Positions 53,083-61,676 of a stretch of 64,000 nt of DNA are shown here, piece after piece. Source of the stretch: Pseudomonadota bacterium (GTDB taxonomy: Bacteria > Verrucomicrobiota > Verrucomicrobiia > Limisphaerales > SXTU01); the NCBI GenBank assembly GCA_009922615.1, contig RFVF01000014.1, positions 2,188 to 66,187 of the forward strand. The letters run 5' to 3'. The notes beneath the pieces are model-generated. The model made no database searches. It worked only from the letters and a program-made list of their open reading frames with translations, and was not told where the DNA came from. Every line of letters begins with the position of its first letter. Positions within the stretch are counted from its first letter, which is position 1. Made by a program: the position numbers and the translations under genes.

Positions 53083-53117
53083 AGTGATTAGCGATTAGTA
53101 GTATTAGTAGTTAGTGA
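53083..53117. repeat. Heptamer tandem array (AGTGATT AGCGATT AGTAGTA TTAGTAG TTAGTGA), intergenic batA-batB
   Basis: Read directly from the sequence. Same GTGATTAG-type unit as the array at 10582. Confidence 0.8.
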
Positions 53118-53174
53118 GCTCTTCATTCAATCGGTGGAGACTTGCAATTTAGCACTGGTTACAAACTACTCGGT

Positions 53175-54179
53175 TCACGGCAGCTTCCTCCACACGGTGT
53201 TGGCTAGCACGATTTCCACCAGCAATAGCCCCAGGCCGAGTGCCACAAGCCAGTGGGAAAATTCGCGGTAGCGCTGGAATTTTTTCACCTCGGCGGTGGT
53301 TTTTTCCATGCGGTCGATCTCAGTGAAAATACTGCGCAGCGTTTCGGAGTTGTCGGCCCGGAAGTATTTGCCGTTGGTCTTCTCGGAAACCTTCTTCAAC
53401 ACGTCCTCGTCGATGTCCACCGGCAACATGCGATCCCGCCGTCGACCGAATGCATCCGTGTATGGCCACGGGGCATCGCCATGCGTGCCCACGCCGATGG
53501 TGTAGCACTTGATGCCCAGCGCCTGCGCGGCTTCGGCGGCGGTCAGCGGCTGCACCTTGCCGGCGTTGTTCTGGCCGTCCGTGAGCAGGATGATGATCTT
53601 GCTCTTGGCCTTGAGGTCGCGCAGCCGGTTCACGCTGGCAATGAGGCCGGAGCCGATGGCCGTGCCTTCCTCAATGCCATCGAAGCCGAGCCGCGCGAGG
53701 TTTTGCAGGAAGAACTCGTGATCCAGTGTCAGTGGTGCGGCGACGTAAGCGCGGCCGGCAAAGGCGATCAGTCCGATGCGGTCGTTGACGCGTTTGAGGA
53801 CAAATTTCTGCACCGTCTCCTTGGCCAGCGCGAGGCGGTTCATGCGGTTGCCGCGTTGGTCTTTGAAGTCTTCGGCCTCCATGCTGCGTGAGAGATCGAT
53901 GGCGATGACGATGTCGATGCCGCTGGCGGAGACTTTGGTCTCGCCTTCGCCGAGCTGGGGCCGCGCCAGCGCGATGATGAAGGCGGCGAGCGCCAGCCAA
54001 CGGAGCGTGCGAAGAAAGGCGCCGGCGCTCGATTGCACCTCGCCGGTCAGCCCGCGCACGAGTTGCACGGAGGAGTAGAGGAAGGCCGGCTGCGCATCGC
54101 GTCTGCCCTTGAGCCACGCGAGCAACGGCAGCGCGAAGAGCGCGAGCAGCAGCCAGGGATGGGCGAAGGTGAAAGTCAT
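53175..54179 (-). CDS. batA: BatA-like TM + von Willebrand A domain protein
   Basis: 334 aa. N-terminal TM pair, MIDAS IVIAIDLSRSM, C-terminal TM. Confidence 0.85.
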   Translation of the reverse strand: MTFTFAHPWLLLALFALPLLAWLKGRRDAQPAFLYSSVQLVRGLTGEVQSSAGAFLRTLRWLALAAFIIALARPQLGEGETKVSASGIDIVIAIDLSRSMEAEDFKDQRGNRMNRLALAKETVQKFVLKRVNDRIGLIAFAGRAYVAAPLTLDHEFFLQNLARLGFDGIEEGTAIGSGLIASVNRLRDLKAKSKIIILLTDGQNNAGKVQPLTAAEAAQALGIKCYTIGVGTHGDAPWPYTDAFGRRRDRMLPVDIDEDVLKKVSEKTNGKYFRADNSETLRSIFTEIDRMEKTTAEVKKFQRYREFSHWLVALGLGLLLVEIVLANTVWRKLP

Positions 54180-54757
54180 GTAGTGGTAACTTTCTCCGCC
54201 GTGTGCAAATCGTAGGCCGTTTCTTCCACCAAGGTCAGCGCGGCGCTGTGGAGGCTACGCAGTTCCGCTTCGCTGGGCTCGTGCTTGGCAAATTTCACGA
54301 CGTCGCAGCGGGAGAGAAAATCGGCGAGGAACTCTTTTTGCGCGTCGTTCAGCTCGCTGGCGCGTTGCAGTTCGAGGAGAAATTCCTCGGTGGTGCGGTC
54401 TGGTGCGTGCAGCGTGAAGCGTTCTTCGAGGTAGAGCCGCAACGCGTCGGAGACGGCGATGCAGAAAGGCTTGGGTTGGGTGAGCAAGGTGAGGGCGTCG
54501 GCGAGCCGGTGCTTGGCGCGTTGGTGCGGGGGCACAATTGGGGCGACCGTGGTTTGCACCCGCTGCCGAAACCATTTGTTCCAGATCAGCGTGGCCAGCA
54601 GACCACCCAGCGCCGCCCCCACGGCAATCCACAACCACAGCAGTTCCGGCGGCAGCGGCACCGGGCCGCGGATGTCGCGGAGCGCGTCGTTCGTGCCCGC
54701 AGTGGTCGGGGCCGGTGCGCTCGGGATGACGACGGCGTGTTGGTTGCTGGTGGCCAA
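54176..54757 (-). CDS. DUF4381 domain protein
   Basis: 193 aa; TTG start in the track, exact start uncertain. Contains DIRGPVPLPP, a TM helix and the TTEEFL segment typical of the DUF4381 gene that precedes batA. Confidence 0.75.
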   Translation of the reverse strand: MATSNQHAVVIPSAPAPTTAGTNDALRDIRGPVPLPPELLWLWIAVGAALGGLLATLIWNKWFRQRVQTTVAPIVPPHQRAKHRLADALTLLTQPKPFCIAVSDALRLYLEERFTLHAPDRTTEEFLLELQRASELNDAQKEFLADFLSRCDVVKFAKHEPSEAELRSLHSAALTLVEETAYDLHTAEKVTTT

Positions 54758-54817
54758 GGTTAGTGATCGAAGTTCAGTCGGACTGCGCGGGGTTGGACAC
54801 GCAACGGGGCAGGGCGT

Positions 54818-55378
54818 TCATCCAGCGAGCGCCGTCTCGAACTGGCGAAGGCGAGTTTGAAAGGCGGCCTCGGCCAGGACCGGTTGGGTGTTCTCCGTTG
54901 AGATTTCCGTCGCCAGCTCGACCCAAGATTTGCAGCCGCCGTAGCTGGACAGCATCGGCAATTCGATCCGTTTCGGAAGTCGCGCGACGCGCACGGCAAG
55001 GGCGAAGATGGATTGCTGCCGGCCCCAGTCGAAGCGGTGGGCCAGCACCTCTTCCCGCCAGATGTGCTGGCCGCGCAGGCGCTCCACGGCGGCGAAGGAA
55101 TCCAATTTCCGCCACGCCACGACTTCGGCGCAGAATTCCAGCCGCACGGTTTCGGGCGGTGCCAGATGCGGCGCGATTTCGTCGAAGCGCGCCTGTGCGG
55201 CGGGCATCACCGACTCGCGTTGCTGATGGAAGAGGGTTGGAAAAAATAAAAAACGCGGCCGCTCGATGTGAAAGCCACCCGCGCCCTCGGCGATGCCGCC
55301 TTTGCGCAGGATGAGGATTTGGTTCCCGCGCCCCAAGGCATCGATTATGATGGCCCATTCTTTGAATGCCGTTTTCAT
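54818..55378 (-). CDS. DUF1802 family protein
   Basis: 186 aa. N-terminus MKTAFKEWAIIIDALGRGNQILILRKGGI...FLFFPTLFHQ matches my memory of DUF1802. Confidence 0.65.
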   Translation of the reverse strand: MKTAFKEWAIIIDALGRGNQILILRKGGIAEGAGGFHIERPRFLFFPTLFHQQRESVMPAAQARFDEIAPHLAPPETVRLEFCAEVVAWRKLDSFAAVERLRGQHIWREEVLAHRFDWGRQQSIFALAVRVARLPKRIELPMLSSYGGCKSWVELATEISTENTQPVLAEAAFQTRLRQFETALAG

Positions 55379-55518
55379 CGCGCGCGATAGTATGTATCGA
55401 GCAATTCAGGGTCGAGCCGCGAGCGAAAGAAGTCCGGATAAACTTTAGTGAGCCGAGCCGTTTATGAGTTTGACAGCCGGGTGCCCCCTCCCTAGCGTCA
55501 CGCGCCGATACACAAGCT

Positions 55519-56316
55519 ATGGCCGACAACTTGAAACCGCCCGCCGGTGCAGTCCCTCCAGCCGCTGCGGGGTCCAAGGTTCAGCCCAAAAAAGAAACTG
55601 TCCGCATCAGCCTGCCTCCGAAACCGGCGGCGAAGGAAACGGTGCGTTTGGAATTGCCGCCGCGTGCGGCCGCTGGTGCCGCACCGGCACCGGTTGCGCC
55701 GCCCAAGCCGGCTGCTCCCGCTGCTCCCGCACCGCCCAAGCCGGCAGCCCCCGCTGCTCCGGCTGCTCCGGCCGCTCCCGTTGGCGGTGCTGGTGGAGCC
55801 AAGCAGACCGTGCGTCTCTCGCTGCCGCCCAAGCCCTCCGCGGCCAAGGAAACAGTTCGCCTCGAACTTCCGCCCAAACCGGGTGCCAAGGCCCCCGCGC
55901 CTGCTGGCGGCAAAGAAATCAAACTGCTGGTTCCGCAGACCGATGAGTCTGCTGCCAGCGCCAAGATTCCTGAATCCACCGAGGCCGAGACGCCGACGAT
56001 GGATTCCTCCCAAGCTCAGCCCGCGAAACCTGCGGGCGGTCTGAAGGGTGGGCCGCCGGGAGCTGCGAAGGCCTTTGGTCCCACCATGCCCGGCAAGGTC
56101 GCGCAGGATCCCGGCACGGGGCTGCCCGACTCCACGAATTCGGCGATGGCGCTGCCGCCGAAAAAGGCGCTCCCCAAGCCTGAGACTGCCACGGCTTCCA
56201 CCAGCGCCGGCGTAGTCGGAGGCGTGCGCATCCGGTGGTTCGATTGGATTCTCGCCACTCTGGCCTTGCTCGGTGCCATCGGCGCGGCAGTGGATGTTTT
56301 TATTCGCGCGCAATAA
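55519..56316 (+). CDS. Pro/Ala-rich, C-terminally membrane-anchored repeat protein
   Basis: 265 aa with ATG start. Four copies of K(E/Q)TVR(I/L)xLPP(K/R), then the C-terminal TM WFDWILATLALLGAIGAAVDVF. Coding status is less certain because of low complexity. Confidence 0.55.
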   Translation: MADNLKPPAGAVPPAAAGSKVQPKKETVRISLPPKPAAKETVRLELPPRAAAGAAPAPVAPPKPAAPAAPAPPKPAAPAAPAAPAAPVGGAGGAKQTVRLSLPPKPSAAKETVRLELPPKPGAKAPAPAGGKEIKLLVPQTDESAASAKIPESTEAETPTMDSSQAQPAKPAGGLKGGPPGAAKAFGPTMPGKVAQDPGTGLPDSTNSAMALPPKKALPKPETATASTSAGVVGGVRIRWFDWILATLALLGAIGAAVDVFIRAQ

Positions 56317-56360
56317 TTTGCGTTGCGGTAGTTCGTCAACCTAGCAGACTCGTCTCCATT

Positions 56361-56693
56361 ATGGCTGAAGGTAATATTGTCAACGTCTCCGAAGCATCCT
56401 TTGAAGCAGATGTGCTCAAATCCACCACGCCCGTCCTTGTGGACTTTTGGGCTGAGTGGTGTGGCCCGTGCAAGATGCTCTTGCCCGTGCTCAACGAGCT
56501 TTCCACCGAATACGCTGGCAAGGTGAAAATTGCGAAGGTGAACGTGGATCAAAACGGCCAGCTCGCTGCACAATACGGCATCAGCAGCATCCCTGCGTTG
56601 CTCTTCTTCAAGGGCGGGCAAGTGGTTGGCCAGACCGTCGGCGTGCGCTCCAAGCGGGACTTGAAGGCACAGCTCGACCAGCTCGCCGCTTGA
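56361..56693 (+). CDS. trxA: Thioredoxin
   Basis: ATG at 56361. 110 aa with VLVDFWAEWCGPCKM active site. Confidence 0.9.
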   Translation: MAEGNIVNVSEASFEADVLKSTTPVLVDFWAEWCGPCKMLLPVLNELSTEYAGKVKIAKVNVDQNGQLAAQYGISSIPALLFFKGGQVVGQTVGVRSKRDLKAQLDQLAA

Positions 56694-56711
56694 TCCGCAT
56701 GAGGAGGTAAC

Positions 56712-57725
56712 ATGGCCCTCCTCCTTACGCCCCGTGCCCTCGCCCAGCGCGGCGAGTTTTACTACCAGCTCTCCGCGATGATCCGCGCGGGGCTGCCGCT
56801 CATCGGCGCGCTCCAAACGCTCGAAAAAAGTCCGCCCAACGCCGCTTACCGTCGGCCCATCTCGCGGATGTTGGCGGAGCTCAAGAACCGCAACACCTTC
56901 GTCAGCGCGCTCGATACCGTGGGCGACTGGCTGCCGGTTTTCGACAAAGCCCTGCTCGAAGCCGGGGAGAAATCTGGTCGGCTCGACGAGTCGTTTCGCC
57001 TTCTGGCCAACTTCTATGAGGAACGGGCCAAGCTCGCCCGGGCCGTCATGGGGCAGATGCTTTACCCGGTGATCATCATCCATCTGGCGATCATGATATT
57101 TCCACCGGGCCTGATCCGGGCCGCATTTTGGGACGACCAATGGTTGCCGTTTCTGCTCAACAAACTACTGGGCTACGGTTTGCTTTACGGCATCGGCGGG
57201 GTGCTGGTGTTCGCCGGTGGCGGAACTCACGCGGAATGGTGGCGTGCGCTCATGGAACGGTGGTTAAGCTATGTTCCGATGCTGGGGCGGGCGCGTCAGA
57301 ATCTGGCCCTCGCCCGGTTGACTGCCGCGTTGGAAGCCCTGTTCTCAGCCGGTGTTGGTATCGTGGATTCGTGGGAGCTTGCGGCCCGCGCCAGCGGTTC
57401 TCCCGCCATCGTCCGCGAAGTGTTGACTTGGCGACCGCTTGTCGAGGTCGAACATCGAACTCCCGGCGAACTCCTGGCGAACGCCAGAGCGTTTCCCCCC
57501 ATGTTCACTAGCCTCTATCGCACGGGGGAAATCAGTGGCCAGTTGGACGACACCCTGATACGCCTGCGAGAATATTCTTCCACCGAGGGACACCGGCAGT
57601 TGGACATGTTCACCCGGATGCTCACCACCGCCATTATCCTCATCATCATGATCGCCATCGGGGCGGCAGTGGTCATGTTCTGGATGGACTACTACGGCGG
57701 CATAATGAAATCGCTCGGTGAGTGA
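56712..57725 (+). CDS. Type II secretion system F family (GspF/PilC-like) platform protein
   Basis: 337 aa. GGAGG Shine-Dalgarno sequence 7 nt upstream. Two T2SSF-like repeats (YYQLSAMIRAGLPLIGALQTL...EAGEKSGRLDESF and LEALFSAGVGIVDSW...RTGEISGQLDDTL) and three TM segments. Confidence 0.8.
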   Translation: MALLLTPRALAQRGEFYYQLSAMIRAGLPLIGALQTLEKSPPNAAYRRPISRMLAELKNRNTFVSALDTVGDWLPVFDKALLEAGEKSGRLDESFRLLANFYEERAKLARAVMGQMLYPVIIIHLAIMIFPPGLIRAAFWDDQWLPFLLNKLLGYGLLYGIGGVLVFAGGGTHAEWWRALMERWLSYVPMLGRARQNLALARLTAALEALFSAGVGIVDSWELAARASGSPAIVREVLTWRPLVEVEHRTPGELLANARAFPPMFTSLYRTGEISGQLDDTLIRLREYSSTEGHRQLDMFTRMLTTAIILIIMIAIGAAVVMFWMDYYGGIMKSLGE

Positions 57726-57773
57726 GCCCACTGGTCGTTGGACATTGCTGCCTGTGTCGTTCACAATCTGCCC

Positions 57774-58925
57774 ATGACCGTTGCCGAGATTCTCACGGAC
57801 GAGCGCCTGCGTCAGGACGAATTCCCCGTCTGCCGCAGCAAGGCCTACCTCGCCCACGCAGGCGTCGCGCCCCTCGCGCGCTGCGCCGCCGATGCCATCG
57901 GTCACTACAGCTTCATGGCGGCGCAGGATGATCAGGAAACTTGGCTGCCGAAGCTCCACCGGGCGACGCGCGAATCCGCCTCCCGCCTGCTGGTCGGCTC
58001 GCAGCCGGAGGAAATCGCCTTCGTCGGTCCGACTTCTCTGGCGCTCAGTTACATCGCCGGCGGGCTGACCTTCCGCCGCAACGACAACATCGTCATCTAC
58101 CACGACGACTTTCCCTCCAACGTCTATCCGTGGATGGCGCTCGCCGCGCAGGGCGTCAAGGTCCGCTACCTCAATACCCGCGAACTCGGTCGCATCCGTC
58201 CCGTGGACGTGCTCGGGCAGGTGGATGAAAACACCCGGCTCGTCGCTTTGGGCAGCGCGCACTTCATCGCCGGTTGGCGCATCGACCTTGACGCCATCGG
58301 CAAGGCCCTGCGCGCGCGCGGCATTCTGTTCTGCGTGGATGCCATGCAGACGCTCGGGGCGTTCCCCATCTCCGTCGCACACGTGGACTTCCTTGCGGCA
58401 GACGGGCACAAGTGGCTGCTCTCGCCCTGCGCCGCCGGGTTGCTCTACGTCCGCAAGGAAATGCAGGACAAGCTCCGGCCCATCGCGCTGGGATGGAACA
58501 ACGTTCGTTGCCCGAACTTCGCCGCGCAGGACGAACTCGCTTATCAGCCCGGTGCTCGCCGTTTCGAGGCCGGCACCCACAACGTCCTCGGCCTCGTCGG
58601 CCTCAAAGCCGCGATGGACATGCTGGCCGAGGTGGGTATTGCCAACATTGCCACGGAACTCCTGCGCAAGCGCACGTGGCTCGTGCCAGCCCTGTTGGAC
58701 AAGGGCTGGACGGTCCTCAACGCTGCCGCCGCGCCCGAGAATTGCGCCGGCATCATCAGCCTGACGCGCGAAGCCACCGACCTTCCGGCGCTTCACGCCC
58801 AGCTTGCCGCCGCCGGGATCGTCACGTCCCTCCGTGCTGATCGTGCCGGGAAGCAATACCTCCGCCTCTCGCCGCACTTCTACAACACGGATGCGGAACT
58901 GGGTCGGGCGCTCGAACTGCTCTGA
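57774..58925 (+). CDS. Class V aminotransferase-fold PLP enzyme (cysteine desulfurase/IscS-like superfamily)
   Basis: ATG at 57774 (track TTG at 57738). PLP-lysine motif FLAADGHKWLLSPCAAGLLYV. Confidence 0.85.
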   Translation: MTVAEILTDERLRQDEFPVCRSKAYLAHAGVAPLARCAADAIGHYSFMAAQDDQETWLPKLHRATRESASRLLVGSQPEEIAFVGPTSLALSYIAGGLTFRRNDNIVIYHDDFPSNVYPWMALAAQGVKVRYLNTRELGRIRPVDVLGQVDENTRLVALGSAHFIAGWRIDLDAIGKALRARGILFCVDAMQTLGAFPISVAHVDFLAADGHKWLLSPCAAGLLYVRKEMQDKLRPIALGWNNVRCPNFAAQDELAYQPGARRFEAGTHNVLGLVGLKAAMDMLAEVGIANIATELLRKRTWLVPALLDKGWTVLNAAAAPENCAGIISLTREATDLPALHAQLAAAGIVTSLRADRAGKQYLRLSPHFYNTDAELGRALELL

Positions 58926-59046
58926 CCACCGGGAAGGTGCAGACGGAGCACGCAATTGGGGTAGGCGACCTTCGGTGACCGCACCGGTTCCACTTGCCCC
59001 GCATCTGGGGCTGTGACACTCTAAGGGCACGTTCCGCCTTAATCCG

Positions 59047-61518
59047 ATGTTCCGTTCACCCGGTCAATGGCAGCTATGGCGAGCAGTAGTCTTGACGCTG
59101 CTGCTGGTTGCCAGCGTGCCCCGGCTGGGAGCACAGGCGGGCGAGGGTGGCTATCAAAAAGCACCCCCGCCCATCGGCGAGCTGCTTTCCGCGCCCGCCG
59201 CCCCGTCCGTCCATTTCAATCCGCAGCGGGACACCATGATCATATACCGGGCTGAACGTCATCCGCCAGTCGCTGATCTCGCCGAGCCTGCCCTGCGCCT
59301 GGCCGGTCTGCGCATCAACCCGGCCAACAACGGCCCGCACCGAACGGCCCGCTGCGTGGAGCTCACGTTGCACCCGGTGATCGAGGGCAAGGATCGGCCC
59401 ATCGCCATTCAGCCCAACGCCCGCATCACTCCTCCATCGTGGGCTCCCGACGGAAGACAATTCGCCTTCCTCCGCTTCGGCTCGCGCGAAGTGGAACTGT
59501 GGGTGGGGGATGGTAAACGCGGCTCGGTCCGTCGGTTGCGCGGAGCCATCAATGCAACGATTGGGGAAGCGTTTCAGTGGATGCCGGACAGTCAGTCCAT
59601 CATCTGCCAGACAACCCTGCCCAATCGCCCGAAAGCGCCGACGGAAACCCATCTGCCCAGTGGTCCGCTTATCCAGGAGTCCAACGGCAAAGTCGCGCCC
59701 GCGCGCACATTTCAAGACCTGCTGGAATCGCCACACGACGAGGCGCTTTTCGACTACTACACCACCTCTCAGCTCGTGATCGTCAGCACCAAGAGCGGCG
59801 AGAGCAAGCCCGTTGGAACGCCGGGAATATTCCATACCATCGACCCCTCGCCCAACGGACAACTGCTGCTCGTGTCGCGCGTGCAGCGCCCGTATTCCTA
59901 TCAACTGCCGGTCACCATGTTTCCCCGCGAAGTGGAGGTGCTGACGCTGGATGGCAAGGTGGCCTTTCACCTCGCCAGTCTGCCGTTGGCGGAGGAGGTT
60001 CCCATCGGTGGCGTGCGCACCGGTCCGCGCAGCTATCAGTGGCGTCCGACGAACCCTGCGACACTGGTTTGGGTGGAGGCACTCGATGGTGGCGACCCGC
60101 GCAAGAAAGTCCCCCACCGCGACCGCATCCTGATGCTGGAGGCTCCCTTTGCCGGCAATCCGATTGAGTTGGAAAAGACCGAACACCGCTTTCAAGGACT
60201 GACCTGGACGGAACGCCCCGATGTAGCCCTCGTCCGCGAATACCAAGCCAGCCGCCGTTGGACCCGCACTTGGCTCGTCAACCCCAACGCACCCACCGAG
60301 CCCGCCCGCCTGCTCTGGGACGTGTCGTCGCAAGATCGCTACAGCGATCCCGGCACGCCGCTGCTCCGCACCCTGACCAACGGCTTCCGCGTCGCCCGCG
60401 TGAACGATGGGAACCTCTTCCTCGTTGGCGCGGGAGCTTCGCCCGATGGGGAACGCCCGTTCCTCGACACGTTGAATCTCAACACGCTCCGTTCCGAACG
60501 TGTGTTCCAAAGTGACGAAGGCGGCCACGAATCCGTCGTGGCCCTGCTCAAGCCCGACGCGGCCGAATTCATCACTCGCCGCGAAGCTCCTACCCGCCCG
60601 GCGAACTATTTCATCCGCAACCTGACCGACAACTCGCGCAAGGCCCTCACGGATTTCCCCGACCTCATGCCGCAACTGCGCGGCATTCGCAAACAACTCG
60701 TCACCTACCAGCGGTCCGACGGCGTTGCGCTCTCGTTCACCCTTTATCTGCCGGCCGATTATCAACCCGGCCAGCGCCTGCCCACCATCCTCTGGGCCTA
60801 CCCGCGCGAGTTTAATGACAGCGACACCGCCGGCCAGGTCACGACCACCGCAAACCGCTACACCAGCTTCGCCGGCGCGAGCCACCTCTTCCTCGTCACG
60901 CAAGGCTACGCCGTCCTCGACAACGCTACCATGCCGGTGATCGGCGAGAGCAAGAAAGCCAACGATACCTTCCTCGAACAAATCATCTCCAGCGCCAAGG
61001 CCGCCGTGGACAAGGCCGTCGAGATGGGCATTGCCGATCCCGCCCGTGTGGGGGTTGGGGGCCACAGCTACGGCGCGTTCATGGTGGCGAACCTCATGGC
61101 CCACACCGACATCTTCAAGGCCGGTGTGGCCCGCAGCGGCGCCTACAACCGCACGCTTACGCCCTTTGGCTTCCAGAACGAACGCCGCACCCTCTGGGAA
61201 GCGCCGGACATTTACTCGCGCATGTCGCCCTTCATGTTCGCCCACCGCATCAACGAGCCGCTGCTCCTCATCCACGGCGAGGCCGACAACAACCCTGGCA
61301 CCTTCCCCATGCAAAGCGAGCGCCTCTACCAAGCCGTGAAAGGCAACGGCGGAACCGCGCGCCTTGTCCTGCTGCCCCACGAGAGCCACAGCTACGAAGC
61401 CCGCGAAAGCGTCGAGCACGTCCTCTGGGAAACCATCCATTGGTTTGACAAATATGTGAAGCGCGCTTCTGCCCCGCCGGTCACGACCTTTTCCCCGACC
61501 GATTTGCCGCCGCCCTGA
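59047..61518 (+). CDS. S9 prolyl oligopeptidase-family serine peptidase with N-terminal beta-propeller
   Basis: 823 aa with signal peptide. GGHSYGAFM nucleophile elbow, HGEADNN and PHESHSY triad segments. Confidence 0.9.
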   Translation: MFRSPGQWQLWRAVVLTLLLVASVPRLGAQAGEGGYQKAPPPIGELLSAPAAPSVHFNPQRDTMIIYRAERHPPVADLAEPALRLAGLRINPANNGPHRTARCVELTLHPVIEGKDRPIAIQPNARITPPSWAPDGRQFAFLRFGSREVELWVGDGKRGSVRRLRGAINATIGEAFQWMPDSQSIICQTTLPNRPKAPTETHLPSGPLIQESNGKVAPARTFQDLLESPHDEALFDYYTTSQLVIVSTKSGESKPVGTPGIFHTIDPSPNGQLLLVSRVQRPYSYQLPVTMFPREVEVLTLDGKVAFHLASLPLAEEVPIGGVRTGPRSYQWRPTNPATLVWVEALDGGDPRKKVPHRDRILMLEAPFAGNPIELEKTEHRFQGLTWTERPDVALVREYQASRRWTRTWLVNPNAPTEPARLLWDVSSQDRYSDPGTPLLRTLTNGFRVARVNDGNLFLVGAGASPDGERPFLDTLNLNTLRSERVFQSDEGGHESVVALLKPDAAEFITRREAPTRPANYFIRNLTDNSRKALTDFPDLMPQLRGIRKQLVTYQRSDGVALSFTLYLPADYQPGQRLPTILWAYPREFNDSDTAGQVTTTANRYTSFAGASHLFLVTQGYAVLDNATMPVIGESKKANDTFLEQIISSAKAAVDKAVEMGIADPARVGVGGHSYGAFMVANLMAHTDIFKAGVARSGAYNRTLTPFGFQNERRTLWEAPDIYSRMSPFMFAHRINEPLLLIHGEADNNPGTFPMQSERLYQAVKGNGGTARLVLLPHESHSYEARESVEHVLWETIHWFDKYVKRASAPPVTTFSPTDLPPP

Positions 61519-61676
61519 GCCGCGCGTTTCACTCCCGCCCCTTGAGCTTCAAGCGGCCGTTCACTCGGCATTGTTTTGCCTTGAATCGCGTCGCGTGGCT
61601 CGTAGGGTGCCTACATTGGCCGTCCGCAAAGTGAAACCACCCGGCCGGCCAGCGCGTCTGACTCGCAAGCAAGCTT

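Noticed and set aside
5311-53117. Considered whether the short tandem arrays could be CRISPR or degenerate CRISPR remnants
   Set aside because: The units are 7 nt and contiguous without spacers. The arrays are only 28-35 nt, most lie inside conserved CDS, and no cas genes are present.
57345-59030. 561-aa minus-strand ORF
   Set aside because: It is antisense to the class V aminotransferase gene, which has a clear PLP-lysine motif. The translation is Arg/Gly/Ala/Val-rich with no recognisable domain, so it is a typical high-GC shadow ORF.
59074-61440. 788-aa minus-strand ORF
   Set aside because: It is antisense to the S9 peptidase, which has a GxSxG triad and a signal peptide. Its low-complexity composition marks it as a shadow ORF.
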